Shown here: one piece after another, positions 45,235 to 56,225 of the stretch
Position numbering within the stretch: position 1 is the first letter of the stretch
Layout of the letters: every line of letters starts with the position of its first letter
NCBI GenBank assembly: GCA_964453185.1
Contig: CAYVNN010000004.1
Span: 128,706 to 192,705, forward strand
Direction of reading: 5' to 3'
Length of the DNA stretch: 64,000 bases
Source: an uncultured Methanosarcinales archaeon
Lineage (GTDB): Archaea; Nanobdellota; Nanobdellia; Woesearchaeales; DSVV01
Translations under genes and position numbers: made by a program
The notes under the pieces: generated by a model
Told to the model about the DNA's origin: nothing
Databases searched by the model: none
What the model saw: only the letters and a program-made list of their open reading frames with translations

Positions 45235-47037
45235 ATGTCAGAAGTATATTTAAACGGAAAATTTGTAGGAAATGTCGAGAACCCAACAGAATTTGTGGAT
45301 CATATTTTAGTTGAAAGAAGGAAAAATAAGGTTACAAATAATCTTAACATCTTTCATGATGAACAAACAAATCAAATATATGTTGAAGCAGGGAAAGGAA
45401 GATTAAGAAGACCATTGATTATAATTAAAGATGGTAAACCTTTGTTAACTGAAAAACATATTGCACAATTAGAAAAGAATGAAATTAATTGGTCAGATTT
45501 AATTAAGCAAGGAGTTATTGAATATATTGATGCTCTTGAAGAAGAAACAGCATTAGTAGCTTTTAGAGGTGAAGATGTTACACCAAAGCATACTCATTTG
45601 GAGATTGCACCATTAGCTATTCTTGGATTGTGTTCTTCACTTGTTCCATTTGGGAACTTTAATCAGTCAACAAGATTAAATGCAGGTAGTAAGAACCAAA
45701 AGCAATCATTAGGTTTGTATATTTCTAATTACTTAATCAGAATGGATATGGATGTTAATGTGTTAACATCACCACAAGTTCCAATTTGTAGATCAATGAT
45801 GCATGATATTGTTGATTATGGAAAGCATCCTGCAGGACAAAATATTGTTGTTGCAATTATGAGTTATAAAGGGTATAACATGGAAGATGCAATTATATTG
45901 AATAAAGGTTCTGTCGAGAGAGGATTGGCAAGATCAACTTATTATAGACCTTGTTCTTCAGAAGAACTTAGATATTCTGGTGGATTGATTGATCAAGTTG
46001 GTGTTCCTGATAAAGAAGTTAAAGGTTATAAAAGTGAGAAAGATTATAGGTTATTAGAAGATGATGGGATTATTTATCCTGAAGCATCAGTTAGTGAAGA
46101 AGATGTTATTATTGGAAAAACATCACCTCCAAGATTCTTGAGCAGCCTTGATGAATATAATTTAACATCATCATTGAGAAGGGAATCATCTGTTGCATTA
46201 AAGCATGGTGAAAAAGGAGTGGTTGATTTTGTTTTAATTACAGAAAATGAAGAAGGAAATAAATTAGTTCAAGTTAGATTAAGAGATGCAAGAATTCCTG
46301 AAGTTGGAGATAAGTTTACTTCAAGGCATGGACAGAAAGGAGTAGTTGGATTAATTGTTAATCATACAGATATGCCATTTTCTTCAAAAGGAATTATGCC
46401 TGACATTATTTTTTCACCACATGGTATTCCATCAAGAATGACAATTTCACACCTAATTGAATTAGTTGGTGGAAAGGTTGGAGCATTATCTGGTAGACAT
46501 ATTGATGGTACTACTTTTGATACAGAACCAGAACCAGAATTAAGAAAAGAATTATTGTCCTTGGGTTTCAGAGAGAATGGAACTGAAACAATGTATAATG
46601 GATTAACTGGAGAACAACTTGAAGCTAAGATTTATGTTGGAAATATGTATTATTTGAAATTGAAGCATATGGTTGCAAACAAAATGCATTCAAGAGGTAG
46701 GGGTCCTGTTCAATTATTGACAAGACAACCAACAGAAGGAAGAGCTAAAGAGGGTGGATTAAGATTAGGAGAGATGGAGAAAGATACTCTTGTTGCTCAC
46801 GGAGCAAGTCTATTATTAAAGGAAAGATTTGATTCTGATAAAACAATTCTTCCAGTATGTAGTGTATGTGGGATGGTTGCAATTAATGATGATTTTAGAA
46901 AGAAACTTTATTGTCCTGTTTGTGGTGATAATGTTGAGATTTTTAATGTTGAATTAGCTTATGCATTTAAGTTAATGATGGATGAATTAAAGAGTTTATG
47001 TGTTTATCCAAAATTAGATTTAAGAAATAAATACTAG
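45235..47037 (+). CDS. rpoB1: RNA polymerase subunit B' (C-terminal half of RpoB)
   Basis: …HGQKGVVG…, the …GEMEKD… hybrid-binding region, and a C-terminal Zn ribbon CSVCG…CPVCG. Confidence 0.9.
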   Translation: MSEVYLNGKFVGNVENPTEFVDHILVERRKNKVTNNLNIFHDEQTNQIYVEAGKGRLRRPLIIIKDGKPLLTEKHIAQLEKNEINWSDLIKQGVIEYIDALEEETALVAFRGEDVTPKHTHLEIAPLAILGLCSSLVPFGNFNQSTRLNAGSKNQKQSLGLYISNYLIRMDMDVNVLTSPQVPICRSMMHDIVDYGKHPAGQNIVVAIMSYKGYNMEDAIILNKGSVERGLARSTYYRPCSSEELRYSGGLIDQVGVPDKEVKGYKSEKDYRLLEDDGIIYPEASVSEEDVIIGKTSPPRFLSSLDEYNLTSSLRRESSVALKHGEKGVVDFVLITENEEGNKLVQVRLRDARIPEVGDKFTSRHGQKGVVGLIVNHTDMPFSSKGIMPDIIFSPHGIPSRMTISHLIELVGGKVGALSGRHIDGTTFDTEPEPELRKELLSLGFRENGTETMYNGLTGEQLEAKIYVGNMYYLKLKHMVANKMHSRGRGPVQLLTRQPTEGRAKEGGLRLGEMEKDTLVAHGASLLLKERFDSDKTILPVCSVCGMVAINDDFRKKLYCPVCGDNVEIFNVELAYAFKLMMDELKSLCVYPKLDLRNKY

Positions 47038-47055
47038 GTATGAAGAGGATAAAAA

Positions 47056-49650
47056 ATGGAAAATTACGTATACAAGCAAGTAAAAAACATTACATTTGGT
47101 GTGTTGAGTCCAAAAGTCTTGAAAAAGATGGCTACAGCGAAGATTGTTACACCTGAGTTGTATGATAAAGAAGGTTATCCTGTTGATGGTGGATTAATGG
47201 ACATTAGACTTGGAGTTATTGATCCAGGTCTTACATGTAAAACATGTGGCTGTAAATTAAAAGAATGTCCTGGACATTTTGGTTATATTGAATTAGCTAG
47301 ACCTGTTATTCATATTAAATTTATTGATCTAGTTTTAAATCTATTAAGATGTACATGTAGAGAATGTGGTAAAGTTTTAATTCCAAAAAATAAAATATCT
47401 AAATATACTGAATTACTTAATCAAATTGAAGATGATTCTGATTTGAAGTTAAGAAGAATGAAAGTTAAAGAGATTATTGCATCTCTTAAAACAATAAACA
47501 AATGTCCTCATTGTAAAAGTCGACAAATGAAGGTTGCTTTAGAAAAACCAACAACAATATTAGAGAATGAAAAAAGGATTACTCCAATTGAAATTAGGGC
47601 AAGACTTGAGAAAATTCCTGACGAGGATTGTGTTGTTTTTGGTATTAATCCTAAAGCAATGAGACCAGAGTGGTCAGTTCTTACAGTTCTGCCAATTCCT
47701 CCAGTAACCATGAGGCCAAGTATTACTTTGGAAAGTGGTGAAAGAAGTGAAGATGATCTTACTCATAAATTAGGGGATATTGTTAGAATTAATCAAAGAT
47801 TATTTGAGAATATTAATGCAGGTGCGCCTGAAATTATTATTGAAGATTTGTGGGATTTATTACAATATCATGTTACAACATTTTTTGATAATGCTGTCGC
47901 ACAACTACCTCCTGCAAGACATAGATCTGGTCAACCACTAAAGACAATTACTACTAGAATAAAAAGTAAAGAAGGGAGGATTAGACATAATCTAGCAGGT
48001 AAGAGAGTTAACTTTAGTGCAAGAACAGTTATTAGTCCAGATCCAATGTTAAGTATGAATGAAGTCGGAGTTCCACTTAAAATTGCAATGAATTTAACAG
48101 TCCCTGAGAAAGTTAGAGATTGGAATATTGAATATCTTAAGAAATTTATTGAGAATGGTTCTGTTACATATCCTGGAGCAAATTATGTTGTTAGACCAGA
48201 TGGTAAAAAGAAAAAGATTACAGATGATATGAAAGAGCAGATTCTGGAAGAAATTCAACCAGGTTATACTGTTGAGAGACACTTGTTAAATGGTGATATT
48301 GCTTTATTTAACAGACAACCATCATTACACAGGATGTCAATGATGTCTCATTTAGTTAAAGTATTACCTAATAGGACATTAAGATTAAATCCTGCAGTAT
48401 GTGCTCCTTATAATGCTGATTTTGATGGAGACGAGATGAATCTTCATATTCCACAAACAGAAGAAGCAAGAGCAGAAGCAGAAATTTTAATGCAAGTACA
48501 AACTCAAATTATTTCTCCTAGGTATGGGTTAAGTATTATTGGTTGTGTACAAGATTCGATTTCAGGTAATTATTTACTTACAAAATCTCTTGATATTCCA
48601 AGAGATGAAGCAGTTGAATTATTATTAGCAGCAAGAATCCCTCAAGCAGGAAAATTATCTAATAAGAAAACAGTTACAGGTAAAGAAATTTTTAGTGTAG
48701 TGTTACCAGATGACTTAAATTTTTTAGGTTATACTAAATCTTATTCAGGAGATAAGAAGAAAGATGATGCAAATGATGCGATTGTTGAGATTAAGAAAGG
48801 AAAATTAGTTAAAGGCATTATGGATAAAGCTAATCTTGGAAGTGGTTCAGGTATTTTATTAAGAGTTTTACATAAACAATATGGTGCTGAAAAAACAATT
48901 GATGTTTTAGGGCAAATATTTAGATTAGGTATTGAAGTTCTTTTAAAATTTGGATTTACTGTACCAATCTCAGATTCAGATCTTCCTAAATCAGCTAGAG
49001 AAAAAATAAGAGATGCATTAGATCAATCTTATAAAGAGGTTGATGAGTTAATTTCGTTGTATGATAAAGGAGAACTTGAAGCATTTCCAGGGAGGAGTGT
49101 AGAAGAAACATTAGAATTAAAGATCTTAGAAAGATTAAATCTTGCAAGAAATGAGACTGGTAAGATTGTTGCAGACTATTCAACTATAGAAACACATACT
49201 TTAGTTATGTCTAAATCTGGAGCAAAAGGTAGTCACCTTAATTTAGCTCAGATGGCAGCATGTGTAGGTCAGCAAGCGATGAGGGGAAATAGGATTAACA
49301 AAGGATATAAAAATAGAACATTGTCATCTTTTAATAAAGGCGATTTAAGTCCAGGTGCAAGAGGATTTATTAAGAATAGCTTTAAGTCAGGGATGACACC
49401 TACTGAGTTTTTCTTTGCAGCAATGACTGGAAGGGATTCACTGATGGATACAGCACTTAGAACACCTAAGTCTGGTTATCTTTATAGAAGACTTTCAAAT
49501 GCTTTACAAGATTTAAAAGTTGAATATGATAATACTGTTAGAGATGCATCAAGAAGAATTGTACAGTTTGAGTATGGTGAAGATAAAATTGATGTATCAA
49601 AAAGTGAGAATGGTAAGCTGAATGTTAAATCAATAATTAATTCAGTATAA
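47056..49650 (+). CDS. rpoA1: RNA polymerase subunit A'
   Basis: N-terminal Zn motifs (CKTCGCKLKECPGHFG), the catalytic NADFDGD motif and the bridge helix. Confidence 0.9.
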   Translation: MENYVYKQVKNITFGVLSPKVLKKMATAKIVTPELYDKEGYPVDGGLMDIRLGVIDPGLTCKTCGCKLKECPGHFGYIELARPVIHIKFIDLVLNLLRCTCRECGKVLIPKNKISKYTELLNQIEDDSDLKLRRMKVKEIIASLKTINKCPHCKSRQMKVALEKPTTILENEKRITPIEIRARLEKIPDEDCVVFGINPKAMRPEWSVLTVLPIPPVTMRPSITLESGERSEDDLTHKLGDIVRINQRLFENINAGAPEIIIEDLWDLLQYHVTTFFDNAVAQLPPARHRSGQPLKTITTRIKSKEGRIRHNLAGKRVNFSARTVISPDPMLSMNEVGVPLKIAMNLTVPEKVRDWNIEYLKKFIENGSVTYPGANYVVRPDGKKKKITDDMKEQILEEIQPGYTVERHLLNGDIALFNRQPSLHRMSMMSHLVKVLPNRTLRLNPAVCAPYNADFDGDEMNLHIPQTEEARAEAEILMQVQTQIISPRYGLSIIGCVQDSISGNYLLTKSLDIPRDEAVELLLAARIPQAGKLSNKKTVTGKEIFSVVLPDDLNFLGYTKSYSGDKKKDDANDAIVEIKKGKLVKGIMDKANLGSGSGILLRVLHKQYGAEKTIDVLGQIFRLGIEVLLKFGFTVPISDSDLPKSAREKIRDALDQSYKEVDELISLYDKGELEAFPGRSVEETLELKILERLNLARNETGKIVADYSTIETHTLVMSKSGAKGSHLNLAQMAACVGQQAMRGNRINKGYKNRTLSSFNKGDLSPGARGFIKNSFKSGMTPTEFFFAAMTGRDSLMDTALRTPKSGYLYRRLSNALQDLKVEYDNTVRDASRRIVQFEYGEDKIDVSKSENGKLNVKSIINSV

Positions 49651-49663
49651 TGAAATTTAATAA

Positions 49664-50821
<1,158 letters not shown>

Positions 50822-51106
50822 ATGGCAAAGAAAACATTTGTTGATAAAGATATTGAAGAGATTAAAAAAGGGTTATTATCAAAAAAGATATTGTTGGGAG
50901 CAGATCTAACATTAAAAAATCTTAAGTTAGGTAATTTAAGTGTAGTTTACATGGCTTCAAACAGTCCGGTTGGACTAAAACAAGATATTATTAAATACGC
51001 AGAAATTAATAGTACTAAGGTTGTTGAATTAAATTATCCTAATGATGAATTAGGAACACTTTGTAAAAAACCTTTTTCTGTAGCAGTTTTAGGACAACTT
51101 AAATAG
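50822..51106 (+). CDS. rpl30e: Ribosomal protein L30e
   Basis: 94 aa, …KILLGADLTLKNLKLGNLSVVYMASN…, at the conserved post-rpoA2 position. Confidence 0.8.
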   Translation: MAKKTFVDKDIEEIKKGLLSKKILLGADLTLKNLKLGNLSVVYMASNSPVGLKQDIIKYAEINSTKVVELNYPNDELGTLCKKPFSVAVLGQLK

Positions 51107-51114
51107 GTTAAAAA

Positions 51115-51540
51115 ATGTCTCAACAACGAAGAAAACTTAATGTAGAATTGATTGGATATATGAATATTTTTGCAAAGATTACTAGAACTAATGTTAAAGA
51201 TTGTTTTGTGGATAATAATGGTCTTTTAACTTTTATAGTAAATGAATTGGATATTGGTAAAGCAGTAGGAAAAAAAGCTTCTAATGTTAGGACAATTGAA
51301 AATAGATTAAAAAAGAGGATTAAGATAGTAGGATATAGTGAGAATTTACTTACTTTTATTAAGAATATAATTTATCCTTTAGCAGTAAGGGAGATAATTG
51401 AGGAAGAAGGAGTGGTTTCTATTACTCCTAATGATTCAAAAACAAAAAGTTTATTAATTGGGAGAAATGCCCAGAACTTACGGAATACTGAGACAATAGT
51501 CAAGAGATACTTCAGTATTAACGAAATTAAGGTCATATAG
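51115..51540 (+). CDS. nusA: Archaeal NusA-like KH-domain protein
   Basis: 141 aa with two KH-like segments (…IGKAVGKKASNVRTIE…IGRNAQNLRNTE…). Confidence 0.75.
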   Translation: MSQQRRKLNVELIGYMNIFAKITRTNVKDCFVDNNGLLTFIVNELDIGKAVGKKASNVRTIENRLKKRIKIVGYSENLLTFIKNIIYPLAVREIIEEEGVVSITPNDSKTKSLLIGRNAQNLRNTETIVKRYFSINEIKVI

Positions 51541-51561
51541 GCTTTTATAAGGGAAATAACA

Positions 51562-51999
51562 ATGGCAAAGAAATCAAAAGGAATAAATGCGGCTAAAAAG
51601 CTTGATAATAGGAGAGCTAAATTTAAATGGAATTGTAAGAATTTTGTTAAGAGAATCTTAAATTTAAAGAAAAAATCAGATCCTTTGGGTGGATCTTCTC
51701 AAGCTAAAGGTATTGTTTTACAAAAGCTTCAATTAGAAGCTAAACAGCCAAATTCAGCAATGAGGAAGTGTGTTAGAGTACAGCTTATTAAGAATGGTAA
51801 GCAGGTAACTGCATTTTTACCTGGTGATGGAGCAACTAAGCTTGTTGATGAACACGATGAAGTTATGATTGAATGTATTGGCGGTAACAAAGGAAGATCT
51901 AAAGGAGACATTCCAGGGGTTAGATGGCAAGTTCTTAAAGTTAATGATCAATCATTAAATGCATTATTAAGAGGGAAATTAGAAAAAGCTAGAAAATAA
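51562..51999 (+). CDS. rps12: Ribosomal protein S12
   Basis: …[29 protein letters not shown]…. Confidence 0.9.
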   Translation: MAKKSKGINAAKKLDNRRAKFKWNCKNFVKRILNLKKKSDPLGGSSQAKGIVLQKLQLEAKQPNSAMRKCVRVQLIKNGKQVTAFLPGDGATKLVDEHDEVMIECIGGNKGRSKGDIPGVRWQVLKVNDQSLNALLRGKLEKARK

Positions 52000-52027
52000 G
52001 TTTTTAATTAATAGGTGATTAAATATA

Positions 52028-52627
52028 ATGGCAGGATTAAAATTGTTTAATAAATGGTCAATGGATGGCATTGGTGTAGATGATCCAGGATTAAAGGGTT
52101 ATGTTAATTTAAAACCAGTATTAGTACCAAAAACAGGTGCAAGATATGCAGGTAATAGATTTCATAAATCAAAGATTAATGTAGTTGAAAGATTAATTAA
52201 TAAATTCATGGTTCCTGGGCACAAGTCTAAGAAACACTTTAAATCTTCAGGGCATTGTACTGGTAAGGCAAATAAGGCATGTGATGCAATTGAACAAACA
52301 TTTGATCTTATTGAGAAAAGAACAAAGAAGAATCCTGTTGAAGTTTTTATTAAAGCACTTGAAAATGCTGCACCAAGAGAAGAAATAATTGCAATTGAAT
52401 ATGGTGGAGCAAGATATCCTAAAGCAGTTGAAGTTGCACCACAGAGAAGAATTGACATTGTATTAAGATATTTTGTACAGGGTGCATATCATAAAGCTTT
52501 TAATTCTAAGAAAAAAGAAGTTGATTGTTTAGCAGATGAAATTATTAATGCTTATAATTTAAGTCCAAACTCATTAGCAGTTTCTAAAAAGAATGAGTTG
52601 GAAAGACAAGCAGATTCAAGTCGATAA
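52028..52627 (+). CDS. rps7: Ribosomal protein S7
   Basis: 199 aa, …KALENAAPREEIIAIEYGGARYPKAVEVAPQRR…. Confidence 0.85.
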   Translation: MAGLKLFNKWSMDGIGVDDPGLKGYVNLKPVLVPKTGARYAGNRFHKSKINVVERLINKFMVPGHKSKKHFKSSGHCTGKANKACDAIEQTFDLIEKRTKKNPVEVFIKALENAAPREEIIAIEYGGARYPKAVEVAPQRRIDIVLRYFVQGAYHKAFNSKKKEVDCLADEIINAYNLSPNSLAVSKKNELERQADSSR

Positions 52628-52680
52628 TTATCTTAATTATTTTCTTATTATTCTCTCGACATTTTTCTTTTTAGTAAACT

Positions 52681-52745
52681 ATATATAATGCCTACTCCAA
52701 AGTCGTCTGGCATTATAAGACTTTACTGCCGTAAAGTATATATAC
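52681..52745 (+). promoter_or_regulatory. Promoter-proximal dual-hairpin module, copy M3
   Basis: atatataatgcc-tactccaaagtcgtct-ggcattata-agac-tttac-tgcc-gtaaag-tatatata. Hairpin 1 is a 9-bp perfect stem; hairpin 2 is ACTTTAC/GTAAAGT. A TATA-like box is at each end. Confidence 0.5.
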
Positions 52746-52767
52746 TATTAATTACTACTATGTTATT

Positions 52768-53382
52768 ATGTGGGAGAATACTGTTGATTCGGATGACTTG
52801 CTTTGTCATGAAAGAAAGTTTAAGGAGTTTAATGTTAGGATTGAAGCAAGGAAAAATGTTGATTCTGAGAGTAAAAAATGGGAGATTTTTAGAACATATT
52901 ATAATGATACTAGCTTAAATTATACTGAAGAATTCTTTACTACAACCAGAGATAAAGCAGAAGCATTAATTGAAACACTTATGAGAGATAAGTTATTAAC
53001 GAATCATGAGTTAACAAAGATAAAACTTGAACAAAGGAAAGGCATCAAATTAAATATAAATAGGGTTTTTAAGGATTATAATGTTGAGAAGTGGATTGTA
53101 TGTGTTAATCATGAAAAAGAGAAGAATGTTGTTTATATTAGGGATGCAGAGATGTTAGAGATTGACTTTATTATGAATGAGAAATATAAGCATATTATGA
53201 AAAAGGTATCTAAAGAATTTATTAAAATATTAGGATATAATAATAGTATTTTTGATAAGGCAACTAATGTGTATTATTTTAAAGAAAAAACAGAAAGATA
53301 TTCAAAAGCATCTTCAAAAAACATTCTAGTTAGTAAGGTTGAGGTTGGACTAGACTATAACTCAGATGAGAATATTGATTGA
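52768..53382 (+). CDS. Hypothetical protein (204 aa) inserted between rps7 and the GTPase gene
   Basis: Clean ORF starting about 22 nt after the module M3 TATA. No recognisable motif. Lys/Glu/Asn-rich. Confidence 0.45.
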   Translation: MWENTVDSDDLLCHERKFKEFNVRIEARKNVDSESKKWEIFRTYYNDTSLNYTEEFFTTTRDKAEALIETLMRDKLLTNHELTKIKLEQRKGIKLNINRVFKDYNVEKWIVCVNHEKEKNVVYIRDAEMLEIDFIMNEKYKHIMKKVSKEFIKILGYNNSIFDKATNVYYFKEKTERYSKASSKNILVSKVEVGLDYNSDENID

Positions 53383-53415
53383 ATTTGTTCTTTTTCTCCG
53401 CAATACTTATAAATC

Positions 53416-54543
53416 TTGATTGAAATTTCTTTTATTAATACAAAAATGGCAAACTATTATGAGAAGATTAAGGAATTTGAAGATGAGCTGAAGAAGACTA
53501 AATATAATAAGAAAACACAGCATCATATTGGTTTAGTAAAGGCAAAGATTGCTCAGCTTAAAGATAAAGAGGTTAAACGGAGTTCTGGAAAGGGTAAACA
53601 AGAAGGTTATTCTGTTAGAAGGAGTGGAGATGCTACTGTTATAATGGTTGGTTTTCCATCTTCAGGTAAGTCTACTTTATTGAATGCAATCACTGGTGCA
53701 AATTCTCCAGTAGGTGCATATGAGTTTACTACATTAGATGTTGTTCCAGGTGTATTAGAACATAAAGAGTCTAAGATTCAAATTTTAGATGTTCCAGGTA
53801 TTGTACATGGTGCAGCAATGGGAAGAGGAAGAGGAAAAGAAGTATTGTCTTGTTTATATAATGCTGATCTTATTATGTTTATGGTTGATGTTACAAGACC
53901 TGAAGCTTTGAGTGTTTTACAAAAAGAAGTTTATGATTCAAATGTTAGAGTTAATAAAAGAAAACCAGATGTTAGGATTAGGAAAACTGCAAGGGGTGGA
54001 GTAAGAGTTGGGAAAACAGTATTATTACCTGATTTGAAGGATGCAACTGTTAAATCTATACTTAAAGAATTTAGAATAAATAATGCTGATATAACAATTA
54101 GATCAAAGATAGATGCAGATGGATTAATTGATGTAATTGAAGGAAATAAGAGATATATTCCAGGTATGATCATATTAAATAAAATGGATCTTGTTGATGA
54201 AAAAAGGTTGGAAGAGTTAAAAAAGGAGATAAAACCAGATGTTTGTATCTCTGCAGATCAAGAAATTAATTTAGAAGAATTGAAAGATATGGTTTTTAAT
54301 AAGTTAAGATTTATTAGAGTTTATTGTAAAGAAGTTAGGAAGAAAGCTGATATGGGTGTCCCTTTAATCTTACAGGAAGGAGCTACATTGAGAACAATGT
54401 GTGTTAAATTACATAAAGATTTTGTTACTAAGTTTAGGTTTGCAAGAATATGGGGTAAGTCTGTTAAGTTTGATGGTCAAAAATTGTTAAAATTAAAACA
54501 TAGGTTGAAGGATAAGGATGTTGTTGAAATACATTTAAGGTAA
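53416..54543 (+). CDS. drg: Developmentally regulated GTP-binding protein (Drg/Rbg1; Obg-family GTPase with C-terminal TGS domain)
   Basis: G1 GFPSSGKSTLL. G3 DVPGIV. G4 NKMD. C-terminal TGS-like …RVYCKEV…GATLRTMCVKLHKDF. Probable start MANYYEK at 53446. Confidence 0.8.
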   Translation: MIEISFINTKMANYYEKIKEFEDELKKTKYNKKTQHHIGLVKAKIAQLKDKEVKRSSGKGKQEGYSVRRSGDATVIMVGFPSSGKSTLLNAITGANSPVGAYEFTTLDVVPGVLEHKESKIQILDVPGIVHGAAMGRGRGKEVLSCLYNADLIMFMVDVTRPEALSVLQKEVYDSNVRVNKRKPDVRIRKTARGGVRVGKTVLLPDLKDATVKSILKEFRINNADITIRSKIDADGLIDVIEGNKRYIPGMIILNKMDLVDEKRLEELKKEIKPDVCISADQEINLEELKDMVFNKLRFIRVYCKEVRKKADMGVPLILQEGATLRTMCVKLHKDFVTKFRFARIWGKSVKFDGQKLLKLKHRLKDKDVVEIHLR

Positions 54544-54544
54544 G

Positions 54545-54778
54545 ATGGCAGAAAGAGTAAATACTGGTGGGACAGTTGATTTTGAATATAGTAAAGAGGA
54601 TATGGATAGAATCAGGAATACAGATACTGATTCTACAAGAGATTTTAAAGAAGGATTAAAGAAACATTATTCTGAACTTGAAGAGAGAAGAAAAAGAAAT
54701 AAGATATTTCTTGAAATAATGGCTATTTTAGCTGTTGTAATAATTATTGGAATTGTTGTTTATTGGTACTTGTTATAA
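54545..54778 (+). CDS. Small protein with a C-terminal TM anchor (hypothetical)
   Basis: 77 aa ending …IFLEIMAILAVVIIIGIVVYWYLL. Start codon overlaps the drg stop. Confidence 0.35.
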   Translation: MAERVNTGGTVDFEYSKEDMDRIRNTDTDSTRDFKEGLKKHYSELEERRKRNKIFLEIMAILAVVIIIGIVVYWYLL

Positions 54779-55981
54779 AGTCAAATATATTATAACAGGT
54801 AAAATCAAACATCCCATTGCATGATTCCTACCAACACCTAATTCTGCTGGTATTATTCCTATCATTGTTGATGTGAATAATATTATTAATCCAATCCAAC
54901 TTGAGAAATAGAAAGTTAATCCTATTATTAATGAAAGGATACTTAATATTAATATTTGATAGTTTACTTTAACAATTATTTTTGCAAATATCTTTGTAAT
55001 TTTTAGTGCAAGGAATGTTGCTATCCCTCCTGTGATTAATGCAGAACAGATAAAGATCATTAATATTACTCTATTTAACCCAATTGATTCAATAAGTTCA
55101 CTAACTACAATAACTGCTCCATTCCTTGCTTTATCTATTGTGTAAAGTGTTATTAAACTAAGAACAAAGTTTACTGTATTTATACCTCCAACTAATATCA
55201 TAAATCCATAATCACCAACCTCTTTTGTAAATTGTTGTGCAATCACAGCTCCTTGTGCTGCTCCAAGTCCAGGGAAAAAACCAGTTAAAGAACCAGCTAA
55301 TGTACTTGCTAATAATGCTTTAAATGTTGTTTTTTTATCAACAATAATATTTTCTTCAAAACTTTGTTCTGGGATGTTTACCTTATCTTTAATACTAATT
55401 ACTAACATACTTACTCCAAATAATCCACTTAACATTGCAAATAAAGGATTGTTTAAGTTTGGCATGTTAAGAACAATTAATCCTAAAACTCCACTTAATA
55501 AAAATACAACAAAGTTCCATTTTCTTTTTTTGTCTTTCAAGATCATAAATAACATAATGAAAATGAGTAAATAACCAATGTAATCTTTAAGTCTTAGATA
55601 TATTAAAGGAAATATTGTGATTGTTATAGGTATCATTACTATTGCTAAAATAAGTGCACCTAAACTACCTATGACTGTTAATTTGATTGCTTCAAAGGCT
55701 TTTCCTTCTAATAATAATTTATGTCCTGGTAATATTGACAATGCAGTGTCTGCATCAGGGGCACCTAAGAATACAGATGGAATAAAGTCAAGGAATGAGT
55801 GAGTTGTTGACATTGATATAATAAATACAGATAAGATAATAGGATTGGTGTAATTTAATAGTATAGGAGATAATGATAGAAGAAGGAGTGATATTAGGTT
55901 TATATGTATTCCTGGTATTAAACCAGTTATGATTCCACAAAAAACACCGAAAATTATAGCAATAATTAATTCATATATCAT
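54773..55981 (-). CDS. TctA-family (DUF112) membrane protein
   Basis: Repeated GxxPG motifs (IITGLIPGIHINLISLLL; GFFPGLGAAQGAVIAQQF) across about 10 TM helices. Confidence 0.5.
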   Translation of the reverse strand: MIYELIIAIIFGVFCGIITGLIPGIHINLISLLLLSLSPILLNYTNPIILSVFIISMSTTHSFLDFIPSVFLGAPDADTALSILPGHKLLLEGKAFEAIKLTVIGSLGALILAIVMIPITITIFPLIYLRLKDYIGYLLIFIMLFMILKDKKRKWNFVVFLLSGVLGLIVLNMPNLNNPLFAMLSGLFGVSMLVISIKDKVNIPEQSFEENIIVDKKTTFKALLASTLAGSLTGFFPGLGAAQGAVIAQQFTKEVGDYGFMILVGGINTVNFVLSLITLYTIDKARNGAVIVVSELIESIGLNRVILMIFICSALITGGIATFLALKITKIFAKIIVKVNYQILILSILSLIIGLTFYFSSWIGLIILFTSTMIGIIPAELGVGRNHAMGCLILPVIIYLTL

Positions 55982-56149
55982 ATTTTTCTTAATGAAGAAT
56001 TCTTTTTAAAGTTGATCTAAGAATATCCGGATGTTTTTTACTTATCTTTGTTACTATTCCCGAGTTTTTCCGGATGTTTTCTATAAACATATTTATTGCT
56101 AAAAAATAGTTAAAATACCGATAATTTTAAATATAGAGACCTCTAAAAT

Positions 56150-56206
56150 ATATATAATCCCGACTTTGTCGAGATTATAGGACTTTACTTTGTAAAGTAT
56201 ATATAA
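56150..56206 (+). promoter_or_regulatory. Promoter-proximal dual-hairpin module, copy M4
   Basis: tatatataatc-ccgac-ttt-gtcg-a-gattata-ggac-tttac-tttg-taaag-tatatata. The outer stem shows a compensatory change (TATAATC/GATTATA versus TATAATG/CATTATA in other copies). Confidence 0.5.
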
Positions 56207-56225
56207 TACTTTTTAGTAAGGTATT

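Noticed and set aside
52688-52918. 76-aa ORF (MPTPKSSGIIRLYCRK…) overlapping the dual-hairpin module and the start of the 52768 gene.
   Set aside because: It spans the conserved non-coding module and is out of frame with the better-supported 52768 ORF. Probably spurious.
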